Shown piece by piece: positions 1 to 10,287 of a stretch of 64,000 nt of DNA. Each line of letters begins with the position of its first letter. Within the stretch, counting starts at the first letter, position 1. Position numbers and translations under genes: made by a program. The notes under the pieces are model-generated. The model ran no database searches, was not told where the DNA came from, and worked only from the letters and a program-made list of their open reading frames with translations. Source of the DNA: Candidatus Latescibacterota bacterium. Lineage in GTDB: Bacteria > Latescibacterota > UBA2968. The stretch lies in assembly GCA_965208125.1 (NCBI GenBank), contig OZ242320.1, positions 4,864,001 through 4,928,000 of the forward strand, given 5' to 3'.

Positions 1-329
1 TCAATGCCAATCTGGTCGTTGTCTGCGCGGTCTTGAAAGACCATGTGTTCTTCGGTGGCAACGCCGCCTTTGTCAAATTGCACATAGGATTTCCCGATGA
101 TGATCTGTAAAAATCGTTCATCCGTGGGGTGGGGGGCAGAGCCTTTTTCATCGGGTGCTTTGATAAAATTGAGTTTTTGTGCGTGGACAAAGCGGTTGTG
201 CAAATTGGCGAGATGGGTTTGCCACACATTCTGAATAATAAAAAATGTAAGCAGCAAAAACAAGACATCAATAAACCCTTCGCCAGTGTCTAATAGTGCT
301 GCCAAAGGTCGCCTGTTGCGATGTCTCAC
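1..329 (-). CDS. ExbD/TolR-like biopolymer transport protein (runs off the left edge; not in ORF track)
   Basis: GTG at 329 just after the upstream TGA, AGGAG RBS upstream; translation VRHRNRRPLAALLDTGEGFIDVLFLLLTFFII contains the ExbD TM motif with conserved Asp; follows an ExbB-like gene. Confidence 0.75.
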   Translation of the reverse strand, partial: MRHRNRRPLAALLDTGEGFIDVLFLLLTFFIIQNVWQTHLANLHNRFVHAQKLNFIKAPDEKGSAPHPTDERFLQIIIGKSYVQFDKGGVATEEHMVFQDRADNDQIGI

Positions 330-330
330 A

Positions 331-1584
331 TCAATCTCCTATTCCTTTCCTTTCACCTGTGTCTATCTGATAAAAGTGCTGAATCAGGTCGAGCATGCGC
401 GCCCGATGTTGCAAGCTGCGGGCTTTGGTTTTGCGTATGAGGATCATGGATAGAATGCGTCCGAGAAATCCAATAGCTGTTGTGACGAGGGCAAAGTTGA
501 TGTAGTGTGCCATTTTGAGCTGGGTTTGAGCAGGGCCTTCACCCACTTTCATGGTGTCTTCCAAAATTTTGAAGGCATCTATCATGCCAATCACTGTGCC
601 CAAAAGGCCCATGGAGAGCGATAGAAGCCCCAACATGCCAAATCCTTCGGATAGGCGATCTTCAATTTCATCAAAGAGAAGATAGATTTTGTCGGTACAT
701 CGCTCGACCAATCGGGCCTGATCAGATGCGATTTCAGATTCGACAGATGTGAGGATAGCATAGAGTTCTGTGTTTTCAGATAGGGCGTAATCGGCGTTGT
801 ATTGACCGCCCCATAGGAGGTTAATGCCCTGCTTCTGAACGATTTGCGCGTCGGAATTGGTGAAGAAGCGGTCGGATGACAGGTCATGAGACAAAACCTG
901 GGCATAACGCACAACCATATAGAAAGGCAAAGCGATCAAGAGCAGGATCAAAACCGTAGAAAGTGGACCGCTGATGTTGGAGATATAGCGCCCGATGGAT
1001 TCGGCCAAATCACCGCCGCGAACAACCGTGGGTACGGCATTGTCGGCTGCAAACGCGATTTGAATGTCCTCAAACTTATATTCGACCATCTGCGTATTGG
1101 GCGCAATGGGACCAGCGGCTGTATGGTCAAAGTCCATCGCATAGCTCCGATTGTTGTGTCGAAAGCTCAAATCGTCGATCACGGCACTGTGGCTGGCATT
1201 GCGCGTGCGAATGACGAGGCTATCGACGGGCACGTCGGGTATTTCGATCCATTCGCGTTGCGTGCCGGTGTGATAGGTTACGTCACTTCCCTGTGTGTGT
1301 ACGATTACGGCGATGGGTAAAAAGCGATCTACATTCTTGAAACGGATATCTGTGACTGCAATTTTTTGTTTTGGATTGTCGGGTTGTTGGAATGTGACGG
1401 TAAGTGCCTTCCAAAAAGTTCCCCCCTGAAGGACTTGCCCACCTTGCAGCCCGGTGATAGCTCCATCGAGCCAGATTGCTGCTTTTGTGCAGATATAAAG
1501 GCCAACAAAAAGGGTAGCGAGATAGAGTGCTACCTGGGCAATGGGATTCTTTTTAAGAATGGGATGATTTAGAATCTGTGCCAT
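331..1584 (-). CDS. MotA/TolQ/ExbB proton-channel family protein with large N-terminal extracytoplasmic domain
   Basis: C-terminal LGLLSLSMGLLGTVIGMIDAF...ALVTTAIG motif; start uncertain (ATG 1584 chosen, ORF open to 1644). Confidence 0.75.
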   Translation of the reverse strand: MAQILNHPILKKNPIAQVALYLATLFVGLYICTKAAIWLDGAITGLQGGQVLQGGTFWKALTVTFQQPDNPKQKIAVTDIRFKNVDRFLPIAVIVHTQGSDVTYHTGTQREWIEIPDVPVDSLVIRTRNASHSAVIDDLSFRHNNRSYAMDFDHTAAGPIAPNTQMVEYKFEDIQIAFAADNAVPTVVRGGDLAESIGRYISNISGPLSTVLILLLIALPFYMVVRYAQVLSHDLSSDRFFTNSDAQIVQKQGINLLWGGQYNADYALSENTELYAILTSVESEIASDQARLVERCTDKIYLLFDEIEDRLSEGFGMLGLLSLSMGLLGTVIGMIDAFKILEDTMKVGEGPAQTQLKMAHYINFALVTTAIGFLGRILSMILIRKTKARSLQHRARMLDLIQHFYQIDTGERKGIGD

Positions 1585-1730
1585 GTATTCTCGGTATTTG
1601 GGCATGCAATAAGAAATCTCCACGTATATGGTATCAGAGACCAATTTGCAAAATTTAAGGCTTTATTCCGAAATTATCCACCAAAACTTTTAACCATACG
1701 GGGCGAGAATGATTCGGTTCTGACAACTGA

Positions 1731-1780
1731 AAGAAGCCCCATCTAAAATCGCTTGCACGATCTCGGATGGGGCTTTTTTT
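1731..1780. terminator. Rho-independent terminator (bidirectional; fits the cupin gene on minus strand)
   Basis: AAGCCCCATC...GATGGGGCTT inverted repeat with T7 on plus strand and CTTCTTTC on minus strand. Confidence 0.7.
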
Positions 1781-1798
1781 ATACTCATCAATTTCTTT

Positions 1799-2530
1799 TT
1801 ATGCAGCGATAATCATATAGCTAAACCATTCGCTGTGGGGATTTTTGATGTGATAGGATGTGCCGGGGGGTAAGTGAACCACATCGCCTTCAGTGATGTG
1901 CTGTTCACCCTCAGATGTGACGAGGATGCCCCTGTTTTCGAGAATCCAGAAGCCGAGTTCTATGTCGTCATAACATCGCGCAATACTCTGCTGACCGGGT
2001 TGTACGGCTTCTCTGTCGATAAAGGCGATGGATTTTAAGCAGCCCGTATTTTCTTCGCCGACAGGGCCAAGTTGATGCCAGCGAATCGCGCCTGCGCCAT
2101 CGCTTACGGGCAAAACGTCTTCCCAGTTGCGGATCACACATTCGCCTCCGGGTTCGGTGTCGATATTTTTGCTGAGAACGAGGTGCTCGAGCCATTCGTC
2201 GTTCATGTCGTTGAACATCTGATGGTAAATATCCGCGGGCAAATACACGGCGTCGCCGGGACGTACGGCAAAGCGGTCTTCTCCTACGAGAACTTCGCCG
2301 CTGCCGCTGATGATATAGTACGCCTGTTCAGTTTTGGGGTGTTTGTGGTGGTCAGAGGTTTTGCGCCCTTGAAGTCCGTGTTTGACGATGCCCTGTATAT
2401 TGTGCAACTGCGGGGAGTCGTCTTCACTGTGTTTGGGCGTCGCATTTCTCTGTCTTAATCCCGGCCAGCGAATCGCGCTCAGGTGCGCCACTTCGGGTTG
2501 CTGGTCTCGCCAGTTTTTGATGTATGCCAT
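1799..2530 (-). CDS. Bicupin (two cupin domains) protein
   Basis: HKHPKTEQAYYIISGSG...VRPGDAVYLPADIYH; second degenerate copy EGDVVHLPPGTSYH; repeated (Y/V)I(K/R)NW.D starts. Confidence 0.8.
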   Translation of the reverse strand: MAYIKNWRDQQPEVAHLSAIRWPGLRQRNATPKHSEDDSPQLHNIQGIVKHGLQGRKTSDHHKHPKTEQAYYIISGSGEVLVGEDRFAVRPGDAVYLPADIYHQMFNDMNDEWLEHLVLSKNIDTEPGGECVIRNWEDVLPVSDGAGAIRWHQLGPVGEENTGCLKSIAFIDREAVQPGQQSIARCYDDIELGFWILENRGILVTSEGEQHITEGDVVHLPPGTSYHIKNPHSEWFSYMIIAA

Positions 2531-2645
2531 GTTTGCCTCTTGTAAGTGTGAAAGAATTTTCGGATTATCTAAGTTAATACGATTGTCTTGTGCCGCAATT
2601 CAAAAGTAGGTAGGGACTCTCGTGTAATGAAAAAGGAGATCGACA

Positions 2646-4106
2646 ATGCATGATCCCTATTCACTGATTGGCGTGCGTTCATTTATCAATTGCTGTGGTA
2701 CGCGAACGATTCACGGAGGGACGCTGATGTTGCCGCAGGTGCGCGAAGCGATGATGGCTGCTTCGCACTTTTTTGTCAATATGGATGAGCTCATGGCGGG
2801 GGTGGGTAAGCGTTTGGCCCTGCTCACGGGAGCAGAGTGGGGAATGGTGGCCTCTGGCGCGGCGGCATGCCTGTGTCATGCAACAGCAGCATGTGTGACG
2901 GGTGGCGATCCCGAGTTGATGTTTCGGTTGCCCGATACGAGCGGGATGAAGCGCGAGGTCGTCATGCCCAGAGAAAGCCGATTTACCTATGATCACGCCA
3001 TTCGTTCAGTGGGTGTGACAATCGTGGAGGTGGATAATCTCAGGGAAATGGATGCGGTGCTCGATCGGGAACAGGTGGCTATGGTCGCCTTGCTGGGGAC
3101 CTGGGAGGCGGATATGACGCTTGAAGCGATTGTTGACATGGCGCGTCCGAGAGGTGTCCCCGTGCTGGTCGATGCAGCGTCGGAGCATCTCCAATCTCCT
3201 GAACCATATACCAGTCGCGGAGCGAATTTGGTCGCTTATAGCGGCGGCAAATACCTGCGCGGACCTCAGCCTACGGGCTTGTTATTAGGCGATCGCGACC
3301 TTGTCGAGGCCGCCTGGGTGCACGCTGCACCACATCATACGCTTGGGCGTGCGATGAAGATCGGTAAAGAGGAGGTTATGGGCATTTTAGCGGCAGTGGA
3401 ATATCTGCTGGTGGGACGCGACCCCGAGCGGGAATTCGAGGGCTGGATTGCCGATCTCGAGACGATTGTGCGGCATGTAACGCGTGTATCGGGTGTAGAA
3501 GCTGAAATTCTCGCGTCTGATCAGTCGGATGTTCCCAGGGTGGAAATCCGTTGGGATGGTGATCGCATTGGCCTGACAGGTCTTGAATTGCGCGAACAAC
3601 TTTTGTGCGGTGATCCACGCATTATGCTGGATGATCGAGGGGCAACGGATACGTCTATTTTTATTTTGCCATTTTCGCTACAACCTGGGGAAGCAGATAT
3701 TGTTGGCATACACATTCGCGATGCATTATCCCACGCGCCTTTATCCTCGAAAGAAAAGGAGCGAGAACCCATTGATGTCTCGGGTACATGGGAAATTGAA
3801 ATCGCGCTGGTTAGAAAAACAGCGCGTCATCGCGTGGATATCGAGCATATTGCCGGTGTTTTAACAGGTACTCACCAGACGCGCTGGCTAAAAAATGCGC
3901 TAAATGGCTCGGTGAATGGAGATGAAATCGCATTTACGAGCCAGCATCGGTTTGAGGGAACCCATCTGTCTTATCGGTTTGTGGGCACAGTGTCAGGTGA
4001 CGAAATGCGCGGCGAAGTTGAAATGGGCAGTTCGGGACAGTCTGCACCCGGGCCGTTGAATCAGCGCGAATACGGCACAGCGAGATGGCGGGCGGTGAGG
4101 CAATAG
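2646..4106 (+). CDS. SelA-like / DgaE-family PLP-dependent enzyme with C-terminal extension
   Basis: INCCGTRTIHGG, VLVDAASE, PLP-lysine motif YSGGKYLRGPQ, GRAMKIGKEE; AAGGAG RBS. Confidence 0.8.
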   Translation: MHDPYSLIGVRSFINCCGTRTIHGGTLMLPQVREAMMAASHFFVNMDELMAGVGKRLALLTGAEWGMVASGAAACLCHATAACVTGGDPELMFRLPDTSGMKREVVMPRESRFTYDHAIRSVGVTIVEVDNLREMDAVLDREQVAMVALLGTWEADMTLEAIVDMARPRGVPVLVDAASEHLQSPEPYTSRGANLVAYSGGKYLRGPQPTGLLLGDRDLVEAAWVHAAPHHTLGRAMKIGKEEVMGILAAVEYLLVGRDPEREFEGWIADLETIVRHVTRVSGVEAEILASDQSDVPRVEIRWDGDRIGLTGLELREQLLCGDPRIMLDDRGATDTSIFILPFSLQPGEADIVGIHIRDALSHAPLSSKEKEREPIDVSGTWEIEIALVRKTARHRVDIEHIAGVLTGTHQTRWLKNALNGSVNGDEIAFTSQHRFEGTHLSYRFVGTVSGDEMRGEVEMGSSGQSAPGPLNQREYGTARWRAVRQ

Positions 4107-4126
4107 GCCATTTGGAGACCAGAGCG

Positions 4127-5131
4127 CTATCTGGAAACGGATACAGTTTTTCCAGTTTTACCCGATTCCATTGAGGCAAAGATGAGTGCCATTGTTTTGC
4201 GTACATCTTGCGCTGATGCTTGCGCGAGTGGGCGATTGTCGCGGATGGCTGTGAGAAATTCGAGGTGTATGGTGGGTTCGCCAGCGAGGTGAACGGTTTC
4301 GGGTATGTGCTGTTCTTTGCCATTGAGCAATAAAGGTCCGCTGGTGCCGTTGAGGTGAATGACGCCTTCATCGCCCATTACGGTCCATTCCGTGCCTGCA
4401 CGATGGTGAAATGAGAGGGTGCAGTTGAGGATGGCATTGCTTTCTGTTGTGGCGATGAGAGAGACTTCGTCTTCAATGTCGATATCGGGGTGTGGATCGA
4501 TATTTTGCACGATTGCCGAGACGGATACGGCTTTTTCGTCTATCCACCATAAGAGTACATCGAGCGAGTGGACGCCAATGCCGGGTAGAATGCCGCCCGA
4601 CAATTCTTGACGCGCAAACCAGCTATTTTCGTCGCCGCCGCGACCCGATCCAAGTCTGCGGTGGATGACGTGGCGAATTTTTCCCACAGCTTTTTCTTCG
4701 AGTAGCTTTTTGACCTGGCGAATCGCTGTTGAAAAACGCTGGCTCTGTCCAGACATGAGCAATTTGCCTTTGGCTTCGGCGGTAGCGATCATGTCATCGA
4801 CATCTGCGAGGGTAAGCGCCATGGGTTTTTCGATGAGGGTGTGTAATCCTCTTTCGAGACAGGCAATGGTGTAATCGCGGTGCAGGAAGTTGGGCACGGC
4901 AATAATTGCAGCATCTGCTTCCACGTTTGCAAGCGCGTCGTCGAGGTTGTCAAAGGTAGTTGACACACCATATTGGGTTTTTAGATTATTGCGTGCGTCT
5001 TCGGATGGATCAACACCGGCGACAATGATGCCGAGTTCTCCCAGGGATTCCAAACCGCTGGCATGGCTTAAAGCCATGCGCCCGCAACCGACGAGTAAGA
5101 TGCGAATAGGAGTTTTCATCGCGTTCTCCAT
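4127..5131 (-). CDS. Gfo/Idh/MocA family oxidoreductase
   Basis: VGCGRMA Rossmann motif, IEKPMA, GGILPGIGVHSLD. Confidence 0.9.
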   Translation of the reverse strand: MENAMKTPIRILLVGCGRMALSHASGLESLGELGIIVAGVDPSEDARNNLKTQYGVSTTFDNLDDALANVEADAAIIAVPNFLHRDYTIACLERGLHTLIEKPMALTLADVDDMIATAEAKGKLLMSGQSQRFSTAIRQVKKLLEEKAVGKIRHVIHRRLGSGRGGDENSWFARQELSGGILPGIGVHSLDVLLWWIDEKAVSVSAIVQNIDPHPDIDIEDEVSLIATTESNAILNCTLSFHHRAGTEWTVMGDEGVIHLNGTSGPLLLNGKEQHIPETVHLAGEPTIHLEFLTAIRDNRPLAQASAQDVRKTMALIFASMESGKTGKTVSVSR

Positions 5132-5148
5132 TTACTGGATGGGTAGGA

Positions 5149-5652
5149 TCAGATATCTTCGGTTTTTGGAGTGATGCGAAAGCCCAGGCGTTCGTAGAGG
5201 CGCACGGCGGGTTCACGCCAGAGGGCTGTGTTGAGATAAGCGTCGGCATACCCGCGTGCAACGAGTTCTTTGAGGGCGCGGAGTGAGAGGGCATAACCGA
5301 GTCCATGCCCCCGGTATTTGGGATCGGTACCAACCCAGTGGATGAGGCCAACTGATTTTCCTCCGTAATGGGCTTCCCACGCGCTGGCAGTTGCTACCAT
5401 GTAATCGCCTTTGAGAGCGACAAAAATGCGCTTGTAATCGCAGCATGGTTCATGGGTGAATGTGGCGTGAAAATTGTCGGTGGTCCAGGGTTTTCCGCCT
5501 TCTTCGCCAAAAGCTTCATTTTTCATGCGGACCCATTCTTCTTCCTCGCCGGGCTGAAGCGTGCGAATTGTAAAGCCTTGGGGGACTGTGTATTCGGGTA
5601 GCGGTTCGCTTAGAGATCGACGCATGCGAATGCCGCTTGTGCGATTATTCAT
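5149..5652 (-). CDS. GNAT family N-acetyltransferase
   Basis: VGTDPKYRGHGLG acetyl-CoA motif A; AVRLYERLGF motif B. Confidence 0.9.
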   Translation of the reverse strand: MNNRTSGIRMRRSLSEPLPEYTVPQGFTIRTLQPGEEEEWVRMKNEAFGEEGGKPWTTDNFHATFTHEPCCDYKRIFVALKGDYMVATASAWEAHYGGKSVGLIHWVGTDPKYRGHGLGYALSLRALKELVARGYADAYLNTALWREPAVRLYERLGFRITPKTEDI

Positions 5653-5655
5653 AGT

Positions 5656-6666
5656 CTAAAAATCCAGGAATACGGTTGCCGGACGATTGTTTTCAATGGA
5701 TTCAATTATGGCGCAGCATACGGCGACGGACCGCGCACCATCAACCGCGTCGATCAGCGGTTTTTCGCCACTTTCAATGCAGGATAGAAAGTGATCGAGT
5801 TCCTGGGGGCACGTATGGTCTTCTGCGCGTATTTCAATTGGGAGCTCAGACCATTCTTCGACGTGGGGCATACCGCCGATGAAGAGTTTGTTTTTGTGAA
5901 TAGACCCTTTGGTGCCGTGGTAGCTGAAGTTGAGGTTATAGGGAATTTCAGCACCGCAGGAAACCAGACATTTGCCCAGGGCACCGGATTCAAATTTTAA
6001 GTTTGAGATAACCGTGTCGTACCAGGGAACATTGGGAATATTTTTGTTCACGCCATACGCGCTGACTTCAACGATTTCTCCGGCGAGCCATCGCATGAGG
6101 TCCAGGGGATGGCAGGCCCCGCCGATAATGGGCAGTTGGCCTTCTTTTTCCGTGTCCATCCACCAGTCGTGACCGGGCAGGGGCAAGAAGGGTTTGAGGT
6201 CGTGGATGTAGTCACTTTCTACAAAACAGGCTTCTCCCAGCGTGCCGTTGTGAATAAGGTGGTGAATGGTTTCAAATATGTTGCTAAATCGCGCGCCGTG
6301 ACCAACCATGACTTGTCGTCCGGACTGTTTGGCTGCATCGACGATTTTTTGACAGTCTTCAACTGTAACGGCGAGGGGTTTTTCCACAAAGACATGCTTG
6401 CCCGCGTCGAGCGCGGCGACAGCTTGATCTACGTGTTGTGAGTTGGGCGTGCAGAGATAAATGATGTCTATTTCGGAATCGGATAGGACGTTTTCGTATT
6501 CTGTCGAGATTTTATCTGTGCCGTATATCGCTTGCAGATCTTTCGCGACCTGTTCGCTGCGTGGCGTTGTACATATTGTTCGCAAATGTGCATTGGGATG
6601 CGCTGAGATGGCTTTGATGTGTTCGCCACCGATATAGCCCGTTCCTATCACGGCAATCGCATTCAT
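5656..6666 (-). CDS. Gfo/Idh/MocA family oxidoreductase
   Basis: IGTGYIG, TPNSQH, VEKPLA, GACHPLD; AGGAGG RBS. Confidence 0.9.
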   Translation of the reverse strand: MNAIAVIGTGYIGGEHIKAISAHPNAHLRTICTTPRSEQVAKDLQAIYGTDKISTEYENVLSDSEIDIIYLCTPNSQHVDQAVAALDAGKHVFVEKPLAVTVEDCQKIVDAAKQSGRQVMVGHGARFSNIFETIHHLIHNGTLGEACFVESDYIHDLKPFLPLPGHDWWMDTEKEGQLPIIGGACHPLDLMRWLAGEIVEVSAYGVNKNIPNVPWYDTVISNLKFESGALGKCLVSCGAEIPYNLNFSYHGTKGSIHKNKLFIGGMPHVEEWSELPIEIRAEDHTCPQELDHFLSCIESGEKPLIDAVDGARSVAVCCAIIESIENNRPATVFLDF

Positions 6667-6701
6667 CGGAAGACCTCCTGTAGTTGTCCAACAAAGCGCA
6701 A

Positions 6702-6743
6702 AAATGTAAGATTGAAAATGTAAAATTAAAAATTAAAAATTGG
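6702..6743 (+). repeat. Degenerate 7-nt tandem repeat, 6 units
   Basis: aaatgta agattga aaatgta aaattaa aaattaa aaattgg. Confidence 0.7.
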
Positions 6744-6777
6744 GCGGTATGTTAAACTAATATGCGAGAGGTGGAAT

Positions 6778-8154
6778 ATGGCACAAGAAAATCGACCAAA
6801 TGTGTTGTTCATTTCGTTTGATGATTTAAATCACTATGTGGGATTTTTGGATCGCGCCCCAAATGCTGTGACCCCTCATTTTAATCGGTTGGCCGAGCGA
6901 TGTATAGTATTTGAACGCACGTATTGTCAAGCGCCGATTTGCAATCCCTCGCGGGCGAGTTTGATGAGTGGGTTGCGGCCATCCACTACGGGTGTTTATA
7001 ACAATCGACAGCCGCTCAGATTTTCGGAAGCGGGGAGAAATTGTGTGACATTGCCGCAGCACTTTCGGCAAAATGGCTATTTTACAACGGGCAGTGGCAA
7101 GGTATATCACGGCAAATTTCCCGATCCAATGTCGTGGGATTCTTATGTACCGAGTTTGTTTAATCAGTCGCATTCCGGCGCAGAACCCGATCATCATCCC
7201 GTAAATGGCATGAAGGGTATGGGCAATCTGGACTGGGGACCGATGGATGTTACCGATGAAGATATGCAGGATTACAAGGCTGTGAGTTATTGTGTTGAGC
7301 AATTGGGGACCAGGCATGACAAACCCTTCTTTTTGACGTGTGGTTTTAAGCTGCCGCATTTGATGTGGCATGCGCCGAGGAAGTATATAGAGGCTTATGA
7401 TCTGAATGATCTCCATTTGCCCGAGACACTGGAGAATGACCTGGACGATGTTCCCGAGATCGCGCAGCGATGGGCCAATCAAAAACCGCATGCACGTATC
7501 GTGGAAGCGGGGCAATGGAAGGAAGCGATTCGGTGTTATCTGGCGTGTATCAGTTTTGTCGATACGCAAATTGGACGATTGATAGATGCGCTGGATGCAA
7601 GTGCTTATGCAGAGAATACAGCAATTGTTTTGTGGGCAGATCACGGGTGGCATTTGGGCGAAAAAAGCCATTGGAAAAAGAGTACGTTGTGGGAAGAGGC
7701 CACGCGCGTACCCTTGCTTATTTCAGCCCCGGGTTATTCGCCTGGCCCCTGTTCAGAGCCAGTGGGATTGATCGATATTTATCCCACGCTAATTGCGTTG
7801 TGCGGCTTGCCCGTCCGCGAGGAATTGGAAGGCCGAAGCTTGGTGCCACTGATGGAAAATCCCAATCGCAACTGGCCCTTTCCCGCAATCACCACACATG
7901 GGCGTGGCAATCATGCGGTGCGGTCCGAGCGATGGCGATATATCCGTTATGCAGATGGATCAGAAGAGCTTTACGATCACAGACATGACGAGATGGAATG
8001 GAAAAATCTGGCGCATAGCCCTATGTTGGGCGAGGTTAAAGAACTTCTATCACAGTGGTTGCCAGAGAATAATGCGCCGGATGCTGAGATTGTTGAATGG
8101 CCTGATGAGACAGAGAGTTATCGATCGAGGATCGAGGCGATGATGGACGAATAG
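6778..8154 (+). CDS. Formylglycine-type sulfatase (iduronate-2-sulfatase/choline-sulfatase-like)
   Basis: PNVLFISFDDL, CNPSRASLMSG (CxPxR), GKVYH, ADHGWHLGEK; no signal peptide apparent. Confidence 0.9.
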   Translation: MAQENRPNVLFISFDDLNHYVGFLDRAPNAVTPHFNRLAERCIVFERTYCQAPICNPSRASLMSGLRPSTTGVYNNRQPLRFSEAGRNCVTLPQHFRQNGYFTTGSGKVYHGKFPDPMSWDSYVPSLFNQSHSGAEPDHHPVNGMKGMGNLDWGPMDVTDEDMQDYKAVSYCVEQLGTRHDKPFFLTCGFKLPHLMWHAPRKYIEAYDLNDLHLPETLENDLDDVPEIAQRWANQKPHARIVEAGQWKEAIRCYLACISFVDTQIGRLIDALDASAYAENTAIVLWADHGWHLGEKSHWKKSTLWEEATRVPLLISAPGYSPGPCSEPVGLIDIYPTLIALCGLPVREELEGRSLVPLMENPNRNWPFPAITTHGRGNHAVRSERWRYIRYADGSEELYDHRHDEMEWKNLAHSPMLGEVKELLSQWLPENNAPDAEIVEWPDETESYRSRIEAMMDE

Positions 8155-8182
8155 ATAAAGGAGAATACAAGCTGATCGCTCC

Positions 8183-10162
8183 TCACCATCCATGCACTAT
8201 ATGGCCTGCGTCGGGAAACCAGATGGCATCGACGCCTGTGGAGATGCCAACGCCAAGCAAGTATCCGATCATGAGGCCATACCAGAAGGGCAGGGATTTT
8301 CGGTAGAGCGCGACGCCGCCAAAACGCATGATGAGTGCTTTGGTCGCCCACACAACGAGCAGACTAAAACCATAGCGGCGGGTGGGAAAGGCAATGGCTA
8401 CGGGATTAAAGGGCCACCAGGAAAAGCGCGTGCGTATGTAAGTCAAAAAACCGGCTATCGCAAATCCCCAGAGCCACACGCCCAATTTTTCGATGTCGAA
8501 GTAGAGTATTGTCGAGCCTTCTACATAAGGCACCAGGCGCACGAGATGGTTCCAGTCGCCCAAATAGAGTGGTCCGTTCATTCCGCCGTCCATGTAGCTG
8601 CGATATAGCGAATCGGTAGCGGTTGTGATACAACCCGTGATGTAGGCTATGGGAATGATGGCCCAGACCATGGGGTGCCGCTTGAAGTGGTTGCCCAGCA
8701 TGCGAAAGTAGTGGGGGACAGACATGGTGGCGGTGAGGCGAATGGGCATGCCAGCAAAGCCATTGCGGTTGATCATCCAGATTGTCGTGAGTGTTCCGGG
8801 CGACATGTTGGCCGTGCCACCCATTTGCATCCACACAGTGCCTCCCTTATCGGCACCCAGTCCGCCCGTACCTCCGGGGGACAAAAAGGTGAATCCGGTT
8901 GCTGCGGCGTATTTGGCAACGCCGAATAGCGCGATGAACATCAAGGTGAGTTGCACTATGGTTGCCCACAGTTCCATGCCTGCGGCCAGACACCAGCCCG
9001 CGAGGAATATGACCGAAGCCGCGAGGCCGAGCCAGGCAGTTCGATAGGTGACTGGTGTTCCATCGTCTGCGGCTCTGTTGCTCATCAGCGCACATTCGAG
9101 GGTGTTTTTGAGGTGTTTGCGCGATACCCATAATGACCAGGCGACGAGAAAAACGAGTGCGCCGTGGGATTCGAAGCTGAGTATTTCTGCCGGTGTCGCT
9201 TGCTGTCCCTGTAACCCCACGGTGATGCCAGTTTGGTTCATCAGCCCCTCTTTGATAATATTTAGGACATTGTAAAACCAAAAGCTGAAGAGCAAGTCGA
9301 GCGGGCACAAATAGGCCAGGCCCATTATCAGGGGCTGCATGCGTAAAAAATATCTTGGATAGTGATAGCCGATGTTTATCGCCATTTGTCCAGCGAGGTC
9401 GTAGATGGGAATATGCGGCAGGGTGTGGACAAAATAACCCGCGATATTCCAGCAGATCACAAAGGTCGAAATGCCAAACCCCACCCAAAATAGGGGGGCG
9501 TGAAAGACGACAGGCAGGCGATAGCCGGGTTCTTCTCGCAACATTTCGGTGGGGAAGGTGGCCATAGGAAAGGTGAGACGCTCTTTTTCATGCCACTGTT
9601 TGAAGAATAAGACGCTACAAAAAAAACCGGCCATGACCACGGATAAACAGGCGGCAGTCCACCAGAAGAGCGGACGGATCCACGGTTGCCAGGGAATAGA
9701 TGTGTTGGGTTCTAATCCCCCGTAGAGTTGTCCGATGACCACGGGCGATTTTTGCATAAAGAGCCAGTCGGGTAGCAGGGGAGCAATGACGTCGCCCACG
9801 CGGTTTTCGGGCGATGCGAGGTGTACCGGGGCAGAGATGTTGCCCAGGAGATAGCCCGCCCAGCCCGTTGTAGGCAGGTTGCCCACGAGCCAGACCATGA
9901 AGAAGATGGTCAACATTTCCGTGCGCGATAAGGCGCGTTTTGGCGCGACGAGTTTGAGTATGGCGTTGATGCCAACCCATGCGACAAAAGGGATCAGAGC
10001 CGATACGGGCATGTAGTTTTTTATCATGTTCCACGCAAAATGCGTGATGTAGATCGTCATGAGGGCAATGGTCAAGATGCCGAGCATGACCGCGCGTACC
10101 GTGATTCCTCGATCCTGTACATCGGGATGGGTTTCTGGAGATATATCTGTTTGTATGGCCAT
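8183..10162 (-). CDS. Polytopic membrane protein, DUF6785/DUF6784 type (putative transporter)
   Basis: Many TM helices; W++P..WW, QW.EKERLTFPM, WWPFNPV, RFGG..LYRK..PF..GL motifs. Confidence 0.7.
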   Translation of the reverse strand: MAIQTDISPETHPDVQDRGITVRAVMLGILTIALMTIYITHFAWNMIKNYMPVSALIPFVAWVGINAILKLVAPKRALSRTEMLTIFFMVWLVGNLPTTGWAGYLLGNISAPVHLASPENRVGDVIAPLLPDWLFMQKSPVVIGQLYGGLEPNTSIPWQPWIRPLFWWTAACLSVVMAGFFCSVLFFKQWHEKERLTFPMATFPTEMLREEPGYRLPVVFHAPLFWVGFGISTFVICWNIAGYFVHTLPHIPIYDLAGQMAINIGYHYPRYFLRMQPLIMGLAYLCPLDLLFSFWFYNVLNIIKEGLMNQTGITVGLQGQQATPAEILSFESHGALVFLVAWSLWVSRKHLKNTLECALMSNRAADDGTPVTYRTAWLGLAASVIFLAGWCLAAGMELWATIVQLTLMFIALFGVAKYAAATGFTFLSPGGTGGLGADKGGTVWMQMGGTANMSPGTLTTIWMINRNGFAGMPIRLTATMSVPHYFRMLGNHFKRHPMVWAIIPIAYITGCITTATDSLYRSYMDGGMNGPLYLGDWNHLVRLVPYVEGSTILYFDIEKLGVWLWGFAIAGFLTYIRTRFSWWPFNPVAIAFPTRRYGFSLLVVWATKALIMRFGGVALYRKSLPFWYGLMIGYLLGVGISTGVDAIWFPDAGHIVHGW

Positions 10163-10287
10163 TTTTGAAAAGGGAAGTTGAGGCCGAGTGAAAGGTGCTT
10201 TAATGACAGGGCAAAATAGGGCGAAGGTCAGAAGTTTTCAACTTAAATTTCTGTGAATCCATGGGGTGATCCCATGAGGAGGTTGTT

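Noticed and set aside
2646-4106. True selenocysteine synthase / Sec system
   Set aside because: No selB, selC or selD nearby, motifs are closer to the SelA-like/DgaE group, and I noticed no in-frame TGA readthrough candidates
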